Source: Octopus sinensis | Lineage: Eukaryota | Length of the DNA stretch: 31,359 bases | Assembly (NCBI RefSeq): GCF_006345805.1 | Contig: NW_021832295.1 | Coordinates: 1-31,359, forward strand | Reading direction: 5' to 3' | Part shown: positions 11,987 to 22,906 of the stretch, piece by piece | How the letters are laid out: each line of letters opens with the position of its first letter | Numbering within the stretch: the first letter of the stretch is position 1 | The notes under the pieces: generated by a model | Told to the model about the DNA's origin: nothing | What the model saw: the letters and a program-made list of their open reading frames with translations, nothing else | Database searches by the model: none | Position numbers and translations under genes: made by a program

Positions 11987-12274
11987 CTGGCACTCAGTCG
12001 GTTGCGACGACGTGAGTTCCAGTTGATCAGATCAACGGAACAGTCTTCTCGTTAAATTAAAGTGTAAGTGGCTGAGCATTCCACAGACACGCGTGTCCTT
12101 AACATAGTTCTCAGTGTGACATAGAGTGTGACAAGACTGACCTTTTGAAATACAGGTACTACTCATCTTTGTCCGCTGAGTGGACTGCAGCAAAGTGAAA
12201 TAAAGTGTCTCGTTCAAAGACACAACGGGTCGCCGAGAATTCGTGAGCCGAATACCCTAACCACTAAGCCACGC
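11986..12274 (-). mobile_element. tRNA-derived SINE family C
   Basis: Minus strand GCGTGGCTTAGTGGTTAGGGTATTCGGCTCACGA head. Body homologous to 21030-21349. Confidence 0.8.
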
Positions 12275-12304
12275 TTAGTATGTATGTACTAAATACGTAT
12301 AATA

Positions 12305-12512
12305 TTAGGTTGGGTATAAATATTGCTGCTTTTTTTCAAAAAAATTTATTCAACAAAAGCAATACCAACATTTAGCAAAAACATCTTTAAATGATTATTC
12401 CGGAGCATATTCACTATCTACTTCAATTTCTGCTTGGTGTTTTGTTTAATTTCTTTGTTGAATAAAATTTATTGAAAACAAAAAAAGCCGCCATAATTAT
12501 GTACCAACTTAA
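12305..12512 (-). mobile_element. Mariner (Tc1/mariner) deletion derivative / MITE, 208 bp
   Basis: Imperfect TIRs TTAGGTTGG... / ...CCAACTTAA extending through TTTATTCAACAAA, TA at 12303-12304 and 12513-12514. Internal minus-strand remnant AEIEVDSEYAPE* resembles a mariner transposase C-terminus. Confidence 0.75.
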
Positions 12513-12574
12513 TATATGTAATAATTAAATTATATATTGTGCATTTTATTGCGTTTTGTCATGCGTATGACTCC

Positions 12575-12641
12575 TCGGCCCGTGGGAAGATTTTCTTGAA
12601 TTAAACCGGTCTGCGATGAACAAAAAAGTTGAGGTCCGCTG
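12575..12641. mobile_element. Single terminal fragment of a hAT/Charlie-type MITE
   Basis: AACCGGTCTGCGATGAACAAAAAAGTTGAGGTCCGCTG resembles Charlie-type ends (CAGCGGTCCCCAACCTTTT). Partner end not found. Confidence 0.4.
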
Positions 12642-12949
12642 AAGTAAACTATGTCTACATCTTAATAAAATATGTGTGCAACGAGCTATATGTTTTATTC
12701 CTATCAGGTTATGGAATTCAATAAAAATATTAACTCGTGTAGGAAGATAATTGAGAAGTGTGTCAAGACCAACCTTAAAAATTCTAGAAGAACAATCAGT
12801 GTCAAAACGAATAACGATCGATAAATAGAAAGAGACAGACTAGGAATAATAGTTATAGAAATTTAGAATTGATGGTTTTAGGCAATGAACAGCGTTCTCA
12901 GTTGAAGGAATTACCGTTATATAAACATGGAATTCGAATTAGATTTACA

Positions 12950-13151
12950 TTTTCTTTTATTCTATTACTGGATTCAGTCATTTGATTGCGGCCGTGGTGG
13001 AGCACCGCCTTTAGTCGAACGAATCGACCTCATGACTTACTCTTTGTAAGCTTATACTATCGGTCTCTTTTGCCGAACCGCTAAGTTACGGGACGTAAAC
13101 ATACCACCATCAGATGTCAAGCGATGGTAGGGGGACAAGTACAGACACACA

Positions 13152-13198
<47 letters not shown>

Positions 13199-13282
13199 GA
13201 CGGGCTTCTTTCAGTTTCTGTCTACCAAATCTACTCACAAGGCTTTGGTCGGTCCGTGGCAATAGTAGAAGATACTTGTCCA
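12950..13282 (-). mobile_element. SINE family A lacking its tRNA head
   Basis: TTTTGCCGAACCGCTAAGTTACGGG, ACGACGGGCTTCTTTCAG and CTCACAAGGCTTTGGTCGG blocks. Confidence 0.85.
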
Positions 13283-13370
13283 ATACACACAGATAGAGAA
13301 ATTAAGGCAAATAGGCACATAGAGCTGCGCTTGGTAGTGCAGTGAAACCACGTGATAAAAAATAAGACTA

Positions 13371-13373
<3 letters not shown>

Positions 13374-13447
<74 letters not shown>

Positions 13448-13460
13448 AATAATAATAATG

Positions 13461-13514
<54 letters not shown>

Positions 13515-13532
13515 TAATAATAATAATAATAA
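13374..13532. repeat. (TAA)n array
   Basis: Direct reading. Abuts the 5' end of the LINE fragment. Confidence 0.95.
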
Positions 13533-14440
13533 AAACCATCCCCATTAGAAGAGGAATATTCCAGGGAGACACACTCTCCACTCCTTTTCTGCTTGGTACT
13601 GACACCTTTATCTGACATGCTAAACAGAAGTAGATGTGGCAAAACAGTCAGCTACGTCTTATATATGGATGATCTAAAACTGTACACTACAAATGATAAA
13701 CAGCTACAAACATTATTACAGACAGTAAATGGATCTACTAAAGAAATAAATATGAAATTTGGCTTAGAAAAATGTGTGAAAGCAACTTTGAAAAGAGGAA
13801 AACTAGTTAAGAGTAGTTACATCACACTAGACAAAGCAAAAGAAAAAAGAGAATTAGACCAAAGCCAGACATACAAATGTTTAGGAATCAATGAACTAGA
13901 TACGATACAACATACACAGATGAAAGAGAAAATATTATAGATGAGTTAGATTAATACCGAAAACAGAGCTCAATGCAAAAAAACAAGATAATAGGTATCG
14001 ACACTCTAGCCGTCCCAGTTATAAGTTAGAGCTACAATATTCTTAACTGGACTCTAAATGAACTAATCAAAAATAGACAGGAAAACAAGAAAGATAATGA
14101 CAGGATTTAGGATGCACCACCCAAAATCTGACATAGAAAGGTTATATATACAACATATGGGAGGTGGTAGAGGCCTTATACAGCTAGAAAACTATTACAA
14201 AATAACCACCATAGGACTACAAAGATATCTACTTCAAAAGCAAGGAAAACTAATACAAATAGCCACAAAACACGAACAAAACAAAAAACAGTTGTCAGTC
14301 TTTAAGGAAGCTGACAAATACAAAAAAGAAGTCATAGTACCTAACAACTATGAAGGAAAATAAGAAACAACAAAAGCTGTACAACAACTGAAATCCAAAC
14401 TAAAACTGGAACAGCAGCAGATCATGATAAAATGATGGCA
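13533..14440 (+). mobile_element. R4/Dong LINE reverse-transcriptase fragment (pseudogenised)
   Basis: IRRGIFQGDTLS (QGD 13562-13570), YMDDLKLY (YMDD 13662-13673), FGLEKC, YKCLG, ELNAK, HPKSDIERLY..GGRGL, with frameshifts and stops. Confidence 0.9.
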
Positions 14441-14788
14441 GCACAGATTAGAGCCTCCGTTTCCGGTTTTAGTCACTCATAGCCATCTTTTTTCTCTGTT
14501 TTACTTTCAACATCCTTATCGAATCGTCCATGCATTCTTTTCTTTCTCCACCTATTTTCAGTTTTATTCATTCTCAAGTGCTCGTACAATGCTTTATCTT
14601 TGCAATATTCCATCCTACACATGCATGAGCTTCTTACTTTCAATAATAGTGGTTCTGCAGCATTTTTTACATACCATGTTATGTTGTTTTTTTTCTGCTC
14701 TAATGCTGTGTTCGCATCCAAACAGTCCTTTTCACCTCTTTTTCTTGGTACATACAGTCTGTCTGTGTCACGTTTTTGGTGGAGTGTC
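14437..14788 (-). mobile_element. Second, divergent R4/Dong LINE fragment (post-RT region)
   Basis: LHQKRDTDRLYVPRKRG ... WRKKRMHGRF ... LKPETEALICA on the minus strand. Confidence 0.85.
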
Positions 14789-14827
14789 ATTATTATTATT
14801 ATTATTACTATTATTATTATATTATTA

Positions 14828-14870
<43 letters not shown>
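14789..14870. repeat. (TTA)n array
   Basis: Direct reading. It is (TAA)n on the sense strand of the adjacent LINE. Confidence 0.95.
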
Positions 14871-15064
14871 TCTAATTTGGGTACAAGGCTAGCAATTTTA
14901 ATGGGCAGGGGTTACCCAATAGCATCGACTCCCGAAAAGTTGAAATGCGAACTTGACCTTTCGGCCTTCAATCAGCTGAGCAGTGGAATCAGTGGAACGT
15001 GGATTTTAGAGAAGACGTAACAGTTAGAATATTCAGCGAGCCGACCAGGACACACACACACACA

Positions 15065-15109
<45 letters not shown>

Positions 15110-15112
15110 AAA

Positions 15113-15158
<46 letters not shown>

Positions 15159-15161
<3 letters not shown>

Positions 15162-15520
15162 GAGTAAATGTAAGGATAAGCAAGTTAGGCAAGTTGATAT
15201 ACATTTAATACAAAAATTGTACATATGTTTATAGATAAAAAAAAGGTCCCACTTACACAGAATAGAAATGATATCTGGAATGAAAGAGGTTGAATAAGAG
15301 TTTTATGAGTCCAACAGCTGTTTCTGGGGGTCTTGATGGCCCAAAATAATGGTTCTACATTGATTCCATCATCAGATAATACCAGCCTCCGTCTTCATGG
15401 AAGGTATAATCCGATGATAGAATGATAGAATGAATGCTTATCTTTACATTTACCTACACAAGTTTAAACCTCTTGAGCACTGCGATCTGTATTCTATACA
15501 GAGAATATCTGTCTCTCATC
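15159..15520 (-). mobile_element. Penelope-like short element with a degenerate hammerhead and an inverted copy of its own 3' tail
   Basis: Lies between (CA)n and (CT)n/(TA)n. 15164-15182 is 18/19 inverse-identical to 15435-15453, and both parts match 27053-27172. Confidence 0.55.
15311..15378 (-). ncRNA. Degenerate type I hammerhead motif
   Basis: Minus strand CTGATGA-TGG-[38 nt]-CCA-GAAA-CAGCTG-TT, with the same palindromic stem III as 11508. Stem I does not pair. Confidence 0.45.
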
Positions 15521-15535
15521 TCTCTCTCTCTTTCT

Positions 15536-15594
<59 letters not shown>

Positions 15595-16466
15595 CGTGAA
15601 GCTCCTCACACTATAATTCTGTTTTCAGCCGTTGTTGTGTAGAATTATTTCGACGAGTGGGGTGGATTCGGCTGCTACCTGATGAACTCGGCTGACTTTC
15701 TCTTCTTTGCAAAAGAGGCCTGCACTGCAGCCTTTAATAAAGGAGGGGCAATGAGAGTTTATCTATTCGGTTGCTATGAATAAAACACTTTATCAATTAT
15801 AATAATGCATTCTTACTTAAGCACAAGGTTCAAACAGTGTTTGTTTCCAGAATTTTCTTTGGAGGCGTATATGTTGCCATCATAATTGCAGCTAGCACAT
15901 CTTCCCGCTTTCCGAAAAAGAATTTAAAATGAATTACTAGAGAACAATGATTACAAAACTACAAAAGAATAAAACTGTCCAAGAACGAACCTTTATTTTT
16001 TTCAGCCGTAGTTTAATGGAGCGGACTTTCGAATATTCGAAAGCCATCTGTCGACAAAAATAATCCAAAATAACAATATTTGTTTCCATTTGATAAAAAC
16101 GTGGTAAATTCCAATACTTCTCTAGAGCTCTCTTAAAGACTTCTTTCATTGCAAATAGCAGCAACAACAACAACAACAGCATCAGTAACAATAAGAAAAG
16201 AAGAATAACAACGGTGATAATAATTCCTACGTCTTATAGTTATAACAACAACAAAGACACCAATAATTGTAATTATAAATCTTTTTAGACGTGTAGGACT
16301 TGAATAATGATTGAAACGCGAAAATAAAAAGCAGAAAGAAAAGGACGAAATCAATAAAACGGAATGGGTTACAAAGACGACAAAATATATATAATATACA
16401 TCTGTGGATGTGAATGTATGTATTTGTATGTATGTATTTATAAATATATATTTATTTGTATCTATG

Positions 16467-16545
<79 letters not shown>

Positions 16546-16773
16546 CGCAACAAAATTTTATACTCACACACATATATATATGTATGTATATGTGCGTGAG
16601 TATAAAATTTTTCTGCGATAATATATAATACAATAGAGTCATTATATTATGAACTGTAATATAATATAATATAATGCATAAATGTAATGTATAAAATATA
16701 TAAATGCCAATTATAATAGTGATATAAAACGTATTACAGGGCTATTAATAATCTTAACTATTTTATAATAAAA

Positions 16774-17142
16774 CTAGCAGTATCGCCCGGCGTTGCTCGG
16801 GTTTGTTTTGACCCTTTAGAATGGGAATTTTTGAAAAGTAAAAATTTTGCATTACGTAGCTTGTTATTTTCTTTAAGTGAACATTATTCTGGTTCAAATA
16901 CACCGAAAAATGGCGACACAGCATGGATTTTCATAGAAAAAAAGCATCTTTTTGATGTAAATAATCTTTGGTGTTAATATGGTTCGATTTGAATTTTATC
17001 TTCTGCGGAATGAAGAGCAAGCCTTCTTCTATCATAATCTCAATTTTGGTCAACTTGCGCCGCAGGGTCTCGGAGGAGATAGTATTAGTTGAAGGCTGCC
17101 AAACATACCACACACAGACAACTTTAGCTTTATATATATAGA
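16774..17142 (-). mobile_element. Complete non-autonomous Helitron, 369 bp
   Basis: Minus strand starts A|TCTATATATATAAAGC and ends CCCGAGCAACGCCGGG (hairpin, 16786-16801)-CGATACTG-CTAG|T. It has 5' TC, 3' CTAG, a subterminal hairpin, an A|T target and no TSD. Confidence 0.9.
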
Positions 17143-17662
17143 TAAGAGCACTTCCCGTTCGATTTTTGAGGCAATTCGGTCTGCAAAATAATTCTCTCAT
17201 TTTGAGCTATTTTTTGACACCATTTTCAACTGAGAACTCCTTAAAAAGGCACACTCAAAACAACTAGAATTTGCATTTTTCAAGCTAGAGAATTCAAACT
17301 TGCTCCAATCGATTCAGGAAATTTTTCTACGTATATGCTCATATTTTGTTTTTCGAAAAACTCAAAAATTGAACGTGTTTTCGCCCCATTTTCCCGTTGC
17401 ATTCACGCAAACACGCGCACAGTCACGCGTAGAATCCAACATGTTGCGTGAACACAACTCGAGGCAATAGTGTATGACATCCACTCACTCGCAGAAAATG
17501 CATTGTTTCGGGCCTTTGTTATCAAGATAGAGACTTGGCCGTAACTACACCACGCCTTCTATAGGTGTGTAAATTTTCAGCTCGATCCTAGCACCTCTAG
17601 TGCCATTGAATCCTTACCAAAGCCAAAGTGTGCAAGTTGTTTTCCTCTTTTATATAGGTAGA
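17143..17662 (-). mobile_element. Second non-autonomous Helitron-like element, adjoining the first
   Basis: 5' end A|TCTACCTATATAAAAGAGG...GATCGAGCTGAAAATTT. 3' end degenerate (one hairpin-like arm, CGAACGGG, and no clean CTAG). Confidence 0.55.
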
Positions 17663-18160
17663 TAGACAAGAGGAGAGATCACTCAGTGGATCCCTTATAT
17701 GCTAAAAATAATATTAATTTCTACTCTTATTATCTTTTATCATGCTTTGCTACCTTTTATACTATCAGGTTTGGTGAAATTATTTTAAAAATTATTAATT
17801 GCTTTTTTAACTACTTTTTTGATTTCTTTATGTTCGATTGAATTAACAGCCAGCTCTCGGGCTCGTATGCACACACACACACACATACACACACACACAC
17901 AAACACACACATACACACACACACGCGCATATGCACACACTCACGCATGCACACAGATAAGTAATCTTGATATTTATGTACAGTCTTTACTTGTAAATGT
18001 AATCATTGAAACTACTGAGTTGTTCTCCTTTCAACGTATCTATTTCTGAATGCTGAAGTATAAAAAAAACATTCTTTTTGCCATAGCAGCCACATCATTA
18101 TAGCTTGCGAATTTTAATCATCGCGGGTCGCATCCTCACCACGCATTTAGTATCACTGCC

Positions 18161-18302
18161 AATTTTCAGCTCGATCCTAGCACGTCTAGTGCCATTGAAT
18201 CCTTACCAAAGCCAAAGTGTGCAAGTTTTTTCCTCTTTTATATAGGTAGATTTTTTTCCTCTTTTATATAGGTAGATTTTTTTCCTCTTTTATATAGGTA
18301 GA
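18161..18302 (-). mobile_element. Duplicate ~90-bp Helitron 5' end with its terminal 26-mer present three times in tandem
   Basis: 18161-18250 is near-identical to 17572-17662. T(6-7)CCTCTTTTATATAGGTAGA occurs at 18226, 18251 and 18277. Confidence 0.75.
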
Positions 18303-18344
18303 TTTTTTAAATAAATATAATATATTATATATTCTTCTATTGTC

Positions 18345-18664
18345 TTATTCTTTTATTTATTTCAGTCATTTGACTGTGGCCATGCTGGAGCACTGCCTTA
18401 AGTCGAGCAAATCGACCCCAGGACTTTTTCTTTGTAAGCCTAGTACTTATTCTATCGGTCGCTTTTGCCGAACCGATTGGTTACGGGGTCGTAAACATAC
18501 CAGCATCGGTTGTCAAGCGATGTTGGGGAGGACACACACACACGATGGCCTTCTTTCAGTTTCTTCCAACCAAATCCACTCACAAGGCTTTGGTCGTACC
18601 AAGGCTATAGAAGAAGACACTTGACCAAGACACCACGCAGTGGGACTGAACCCGGGACTCCTGC
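18345..18664 (-). mobile_element. SINE family A, near-full (A-box region deleted)
   Basis: Tail TTTCAGTCATTTGACTGTGGCCATGCTGGAGCAC through GTGGGACTGAACCCGGGAC. Confidence 0.85.
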
Positions 18665-18724
18665 TCCTCATAGAAATTAAAACATGTACTGCAAATATAT
18701 AAAATATTCGTAAAAATATGCACT

Positions 18725-19098
18725 TTTATCTTGTTATTCGTTTCAGGCATTGGACTACAACCATTCAGGAGCACCTCCTTGAAGGGTTTGGTCGACCAAA
18801 TGCAGCACAGTTCTTATTGTATCAAACAATTTGCCGAACCTCTAGGTTACTGGAAGCACCGGTGGTATTATAGCAAGGATGCATATATACATGCGTGCAC
18901 ACGCGAGCATGTATACGCATGTATACAACGGGCATCAGCACAGTTTCTCTTTGTTAAATTCATGAGCAAGGAATTGATCAGCTGGAACTATAACAAAAAG
19001 AAAACAAACAAACAAATATTGCCCTAGGTACCACGCAGGAGATTGAACTCCACACCACACGGTCATAAAGCGAACTACTTAACGACACAGGCATACCT
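18725..19098 (-). mobile_element. SINE family A, old diverged copy
   Basis: Collinear degenerate blocks (TTGCCGAACC, GGTACCACGCAG, CTACTTAAC). Confidence 0.6.
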
Positions 19099-19264
19099 GA
19101 GAAACACACTCATATATAGACACATACATACATGTAAATTTAAAGTGAGTTATATAAAATATTAAAGAAATATGATTATATTATATAAGATAACTTAAAA
19201 TGTTTAATATAATAATACATACATACTTGTGTACGTATCTGCGTGCGTATGTATGTGTGTGCAA

Positions 19265-19299
<35 letters not shown>

Positions 19300-19582
19300 A
19301 ATGAATATGTATATAATCTAAACAATAAATATCGCATATGTATGTATACATATTATCTTTTATCCTTTACATATCCTCCCTCTCTCTCTCCCTGTACACG
19401 CGCACGCTCACATACACACACGCGCGCACGCACAATATTTGTGGGATAATAACAAAAATAAATATACTGCATATTCATTGCGAGCAACAAGTAAAAATGC
19501 AATAAAATACAATAGACATCTTAAAAAATATAATTGTACATGAGAAAGTATATAAACACATTACAAATCTGTATCAATATAT

Positions 19583-19617
<35 letters not shown>

Positions 19618-19980
19618 TTATTTATATATATATATATATGAATATAGATATATGTATTAGAAAATATTATATATATGCTTATATACAAACATATGTACCA
19701 AAATATAAATATATCAATATATGAAATAAAATATATCAAAAAATATAATATACGATATGCATTCCTACACACCTTCGTGTGTGTGTGTGTGTGTGTGTGT
19801 TTGTGTGTGAAAGATAAAAATCTAATTAAATACAAAAGCGGCGAAACAATAGAGATATTTATATAACAGAATGAAATATCTAATGAGAACTGGAAAAAAA
19901 GTGTAATGAAGGAATAATTTATATAACAGGAAGAAGAAGATGGAGTCGAATGAAACTGAAACGATCGTCATTAAACATCT

Positions 19981-20170
19981 GTGCATGCATGTATGTATGT
20001 ATGTATGCATGTATGTATGTATGCATGTATTCAAGTATGCATCTATGTATGAACGTATGTATGCATCGGTGTACGATGTAAGCTTGTATGTATGAATGCA
20101 TGTGCATATATGTATCTACGTACGTGTATACATGTATATATACATGTATATATATATATATATATAATAT

Positions 20171-20201
<31 letters not shown>

Positions 20202-20610
20202 GATGCATGTATGTACTTACATATACATAGATATATATATATACATATATACAAACATGTATATACGTGTGTGTGTATATATATATGGATGTATATATTC
20301 ATAAACATACATATGCATAAAGCATATGCAAACATATGCAAACATAGATGTATGCATACACGTACATGCATACATTGACAAGTGCATACAAACATGCACA
20401 CACAAGCAGACATACATACATACTAACACACACACACAAGCAGACATACATACATACTTACGCACATACACATACATACATACATGCATGCACATACATA
20501 CATGCATGTATACATACATGCATACATACACATACATACAAGCATACATACATGCATACAGTCACATACATACATACATACATGCATGCATACATGCATG
20601 CATACATACA
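19981..20610. repeat. Compound (TATG)n-(TA)n-(CATA)n low-complexity tract
   Basis: Direct reading. Confidence 0.9.
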
Positions 20611-20756
20611 TTGACATATATATATATATTGACGTCGTTGGAATTATGGATCAAGCTTCCTAACAAAAGATTTCAAGAGACGAAAGATTGCTTATTAATG
20701 AAAGAATAATATTGGTGATGACGACGACTGCGATAATGAAATGAAGTCTATGTAGG

Positions 20757-20865
20757 AGAAGAAGAAGAAGAAAAAAAGAAGAAGAAGAAGAAGAAGAAGA
20801 AGAAGAAGAAGAAGAAGAAGAAGAAGAAGAAGAGGAAGAGGATGATGATGACGACGACGACGACG
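20757..20865. repeat. (GAA)n grading into (GAT)n/(GAC)n
   Basis: Direct reading. Confidence 0.95.
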
Positions 20866-20939
20866 CCGGTGGCTGTCATGACAATCGTAATAGCAATAAT
20901 GATACAATTAAGAAGAATACCGATTCTATACAGATATAT

Positions 20940-21002
<63 letters not shown>

Positions 21003-21029
21003 ATGTGTGTGTGTGTGTTGTGTGTGTGT

Positions 21030-21349
21030 GAAGGCTTAGTGATTAGGGCGTTTGTAAGGTCAAGATCGTAAGGTCAGGAGTTCGCTTCCTGGCAACGCGT
21101 TGCGTCCTTGAGCAAGACACTTTATTTCACGTTGCTCCAGTCCACTCAGCTGGCAAAAATGAGTTGTATCTGTATTTCAAACGGCCAGCCTTGTCACACT
21201 CTGTGTCACGCCGAATCTCCCTGAGAACTACCGTTAGTGGTACGCGTGTCAGTGGATTGCTCAATCACTTGCACGTTAACTCCACGAGCAGGCTGTTCCG
21301 TTGATCCTATCAGCTGGGATCCTCGTCGTCGTAACCGACGGAGTGCTCC
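21030..21349 (+). mobile_element. tRNA-derived SINE family C
   Basis: GGCTTAGTGATTAGG A-box, GAGTTCGCTTCC B-box, TCCTTGAGCAAGACACTT CORE-like block. Homologous to 11986-12274. Confidence 0.8.
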
Positions 21350-21517
21350 TTGATATATATATACATATATGCATATATATACATATATGAATATATATAC
21401 ATATATGCACATATATACATATATGCATATATATACACATACATAGCTGCACACACACACACACATACACACATTGGCGCAATGTTTTAAATGTGAGTCT
21501 TCGGCTGGATTTAACGG

Positions 21518-21648
21518 TGATGATGACGACGGCGGCGACGATGATAAAGATGATGATAACGATGAGGATGTTGATGATGATGAAGAGGAGAATGACGATA
21601 ACGATGAAAACGATGATGACGGACGACGATGCCGACGATGATGATGAT
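21518..21648. repeat. Degenerate (GAT/GAC)n
   Basis: Direct reading. Confidence 0.85.
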
Positions 21649-21659
21649 ACATACTTATA

Positions 21660-22906
21660 ATATTGGTTTCTAACATAATCCGTATCTTTGGTAGATAGAT
21701 GCGGCAGACCGCCGAGGCAGACATCGGAGTTCATCGTCGGTCGATCTTCGCGAGTAGTTTTTCAAAGTCCTGCTGGAAAATCATACTTCTTTGCTGCCAG
21801 TCAAATAGCATTTGCTGATGCAGTCTCAAAGATCTAAATGTGGATTCGTTGTCAATTTACGCCACAGACACTCGGGCCCAATGAATGGTCTTCTGTCCTT
21901 CGGGTTTCATAACAAGTGCTCAAGCACGAACAGTGCATCCTTCGTTTGTCACCATTGAAGATATGGCAGAGGAATATACTCATCACTAGTACGTTGTATT
22001 CGATGTCTTGTAACCAGGAGTTGTCAAAAATTAATTGGTCAAAAATTAATTGCAATAATTGCAATAAATTAATTTACTGCTAAACTCTTTTCAATTGCAA
22101 TAATTTATTGCGAAGCTACGATTATTGCAATAATAAGGTGGGTGCTAGCCAACTACGTTATATTAATACAGCATTCATTTTGCCAACGACTAGCTTGGTT
22201 GAAATGTTCTTCAGGGTAGCAACGAATGCCTTCGATGATACAAGACATCAATTATCACCCGTATATCTGGAGATGCAACTGCTTTTTAAGAGTAAATGAT
22301 CATCTTTGGGATAACGAACTTGTTTCGCATATCGTTTCATCCAATCCCCTCACGTAAATTGTTAAATGCATACTCATTTTAATTGCTAATAGTATGAAAC
22401 CGTCCTTTTCCCATTCATTGGTTCTTTTCTGTCTTGATCGGGGTGGTATGGGCCCTAAGGGGAGTGTTGTAGGCATGTTTTTCCATCGTAGCTTACATCA
22501 CACATTGGTGGTCAATTTTGTCATTCTGGCAGTCGGTGTAAGAATTTTTTAGAAAATTGCGGGTCATCCAAACATCTTTCGGACAGCAAAGAAATAGATC
22601 AATCAAAATTGAGAAAGTTGATCTTTCATTAGAAATGTACTGTTATTTTTGCAAAAAATGACATTTTTAGATGCGTAAAAATTTTTACGAGAGGATTTTC
22701 TGGAGAGCATTGCAATTATTTATTGCGACGAAAGAAAAATGCAATTAATTTATTGCAAAAAAAATAAATAAAATGCAATAAATTCATTGCAACGAAATAA
22801 ATTTATTGCAAGCTCTGCAATGCATTTTTGACAATGCCTGCTTGCAACACCATTTATTGTCTTCTGCTTTTATCGGCTTTTTAGAGCCCTTCTGCAACCA
22901 TCACCT
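21660..22906 (-). mobile_element. Decayed L1/Tx1-type LINE ORF2 linker fragment, interrupted by the hAT element
   Basis: Minus strand NEGCTVRA*ALVMKPEGQKTIHW (cf. GAxIRSRxxWxEEGEK) ... FQQDFEKL ... LPHLS. The sequence rejoins across the hAT TSD. Confidence 0.45.
22015..22840 (+). mobile_element. Non-autonomous hAT DNA transposon, 826 bp, with transposase C-terminal remnant
   Basis: TIRs CAGGAGTTGTCAAAAATTAATTG / CAGGCATTGTCAAAAATGCATTG. 8-bp TSD CTTGTAAC (22007-22014) / CTTGCAAC (22841-22848). Subterminal TTGCAA repeats. FILPTTSLVEMFFRVA..DTRHQLSPVYLEMQL (ORF 22108-22299) resembles the hAT dimerisation motif PxTSxxxERxFS. Confidence 0.85.
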
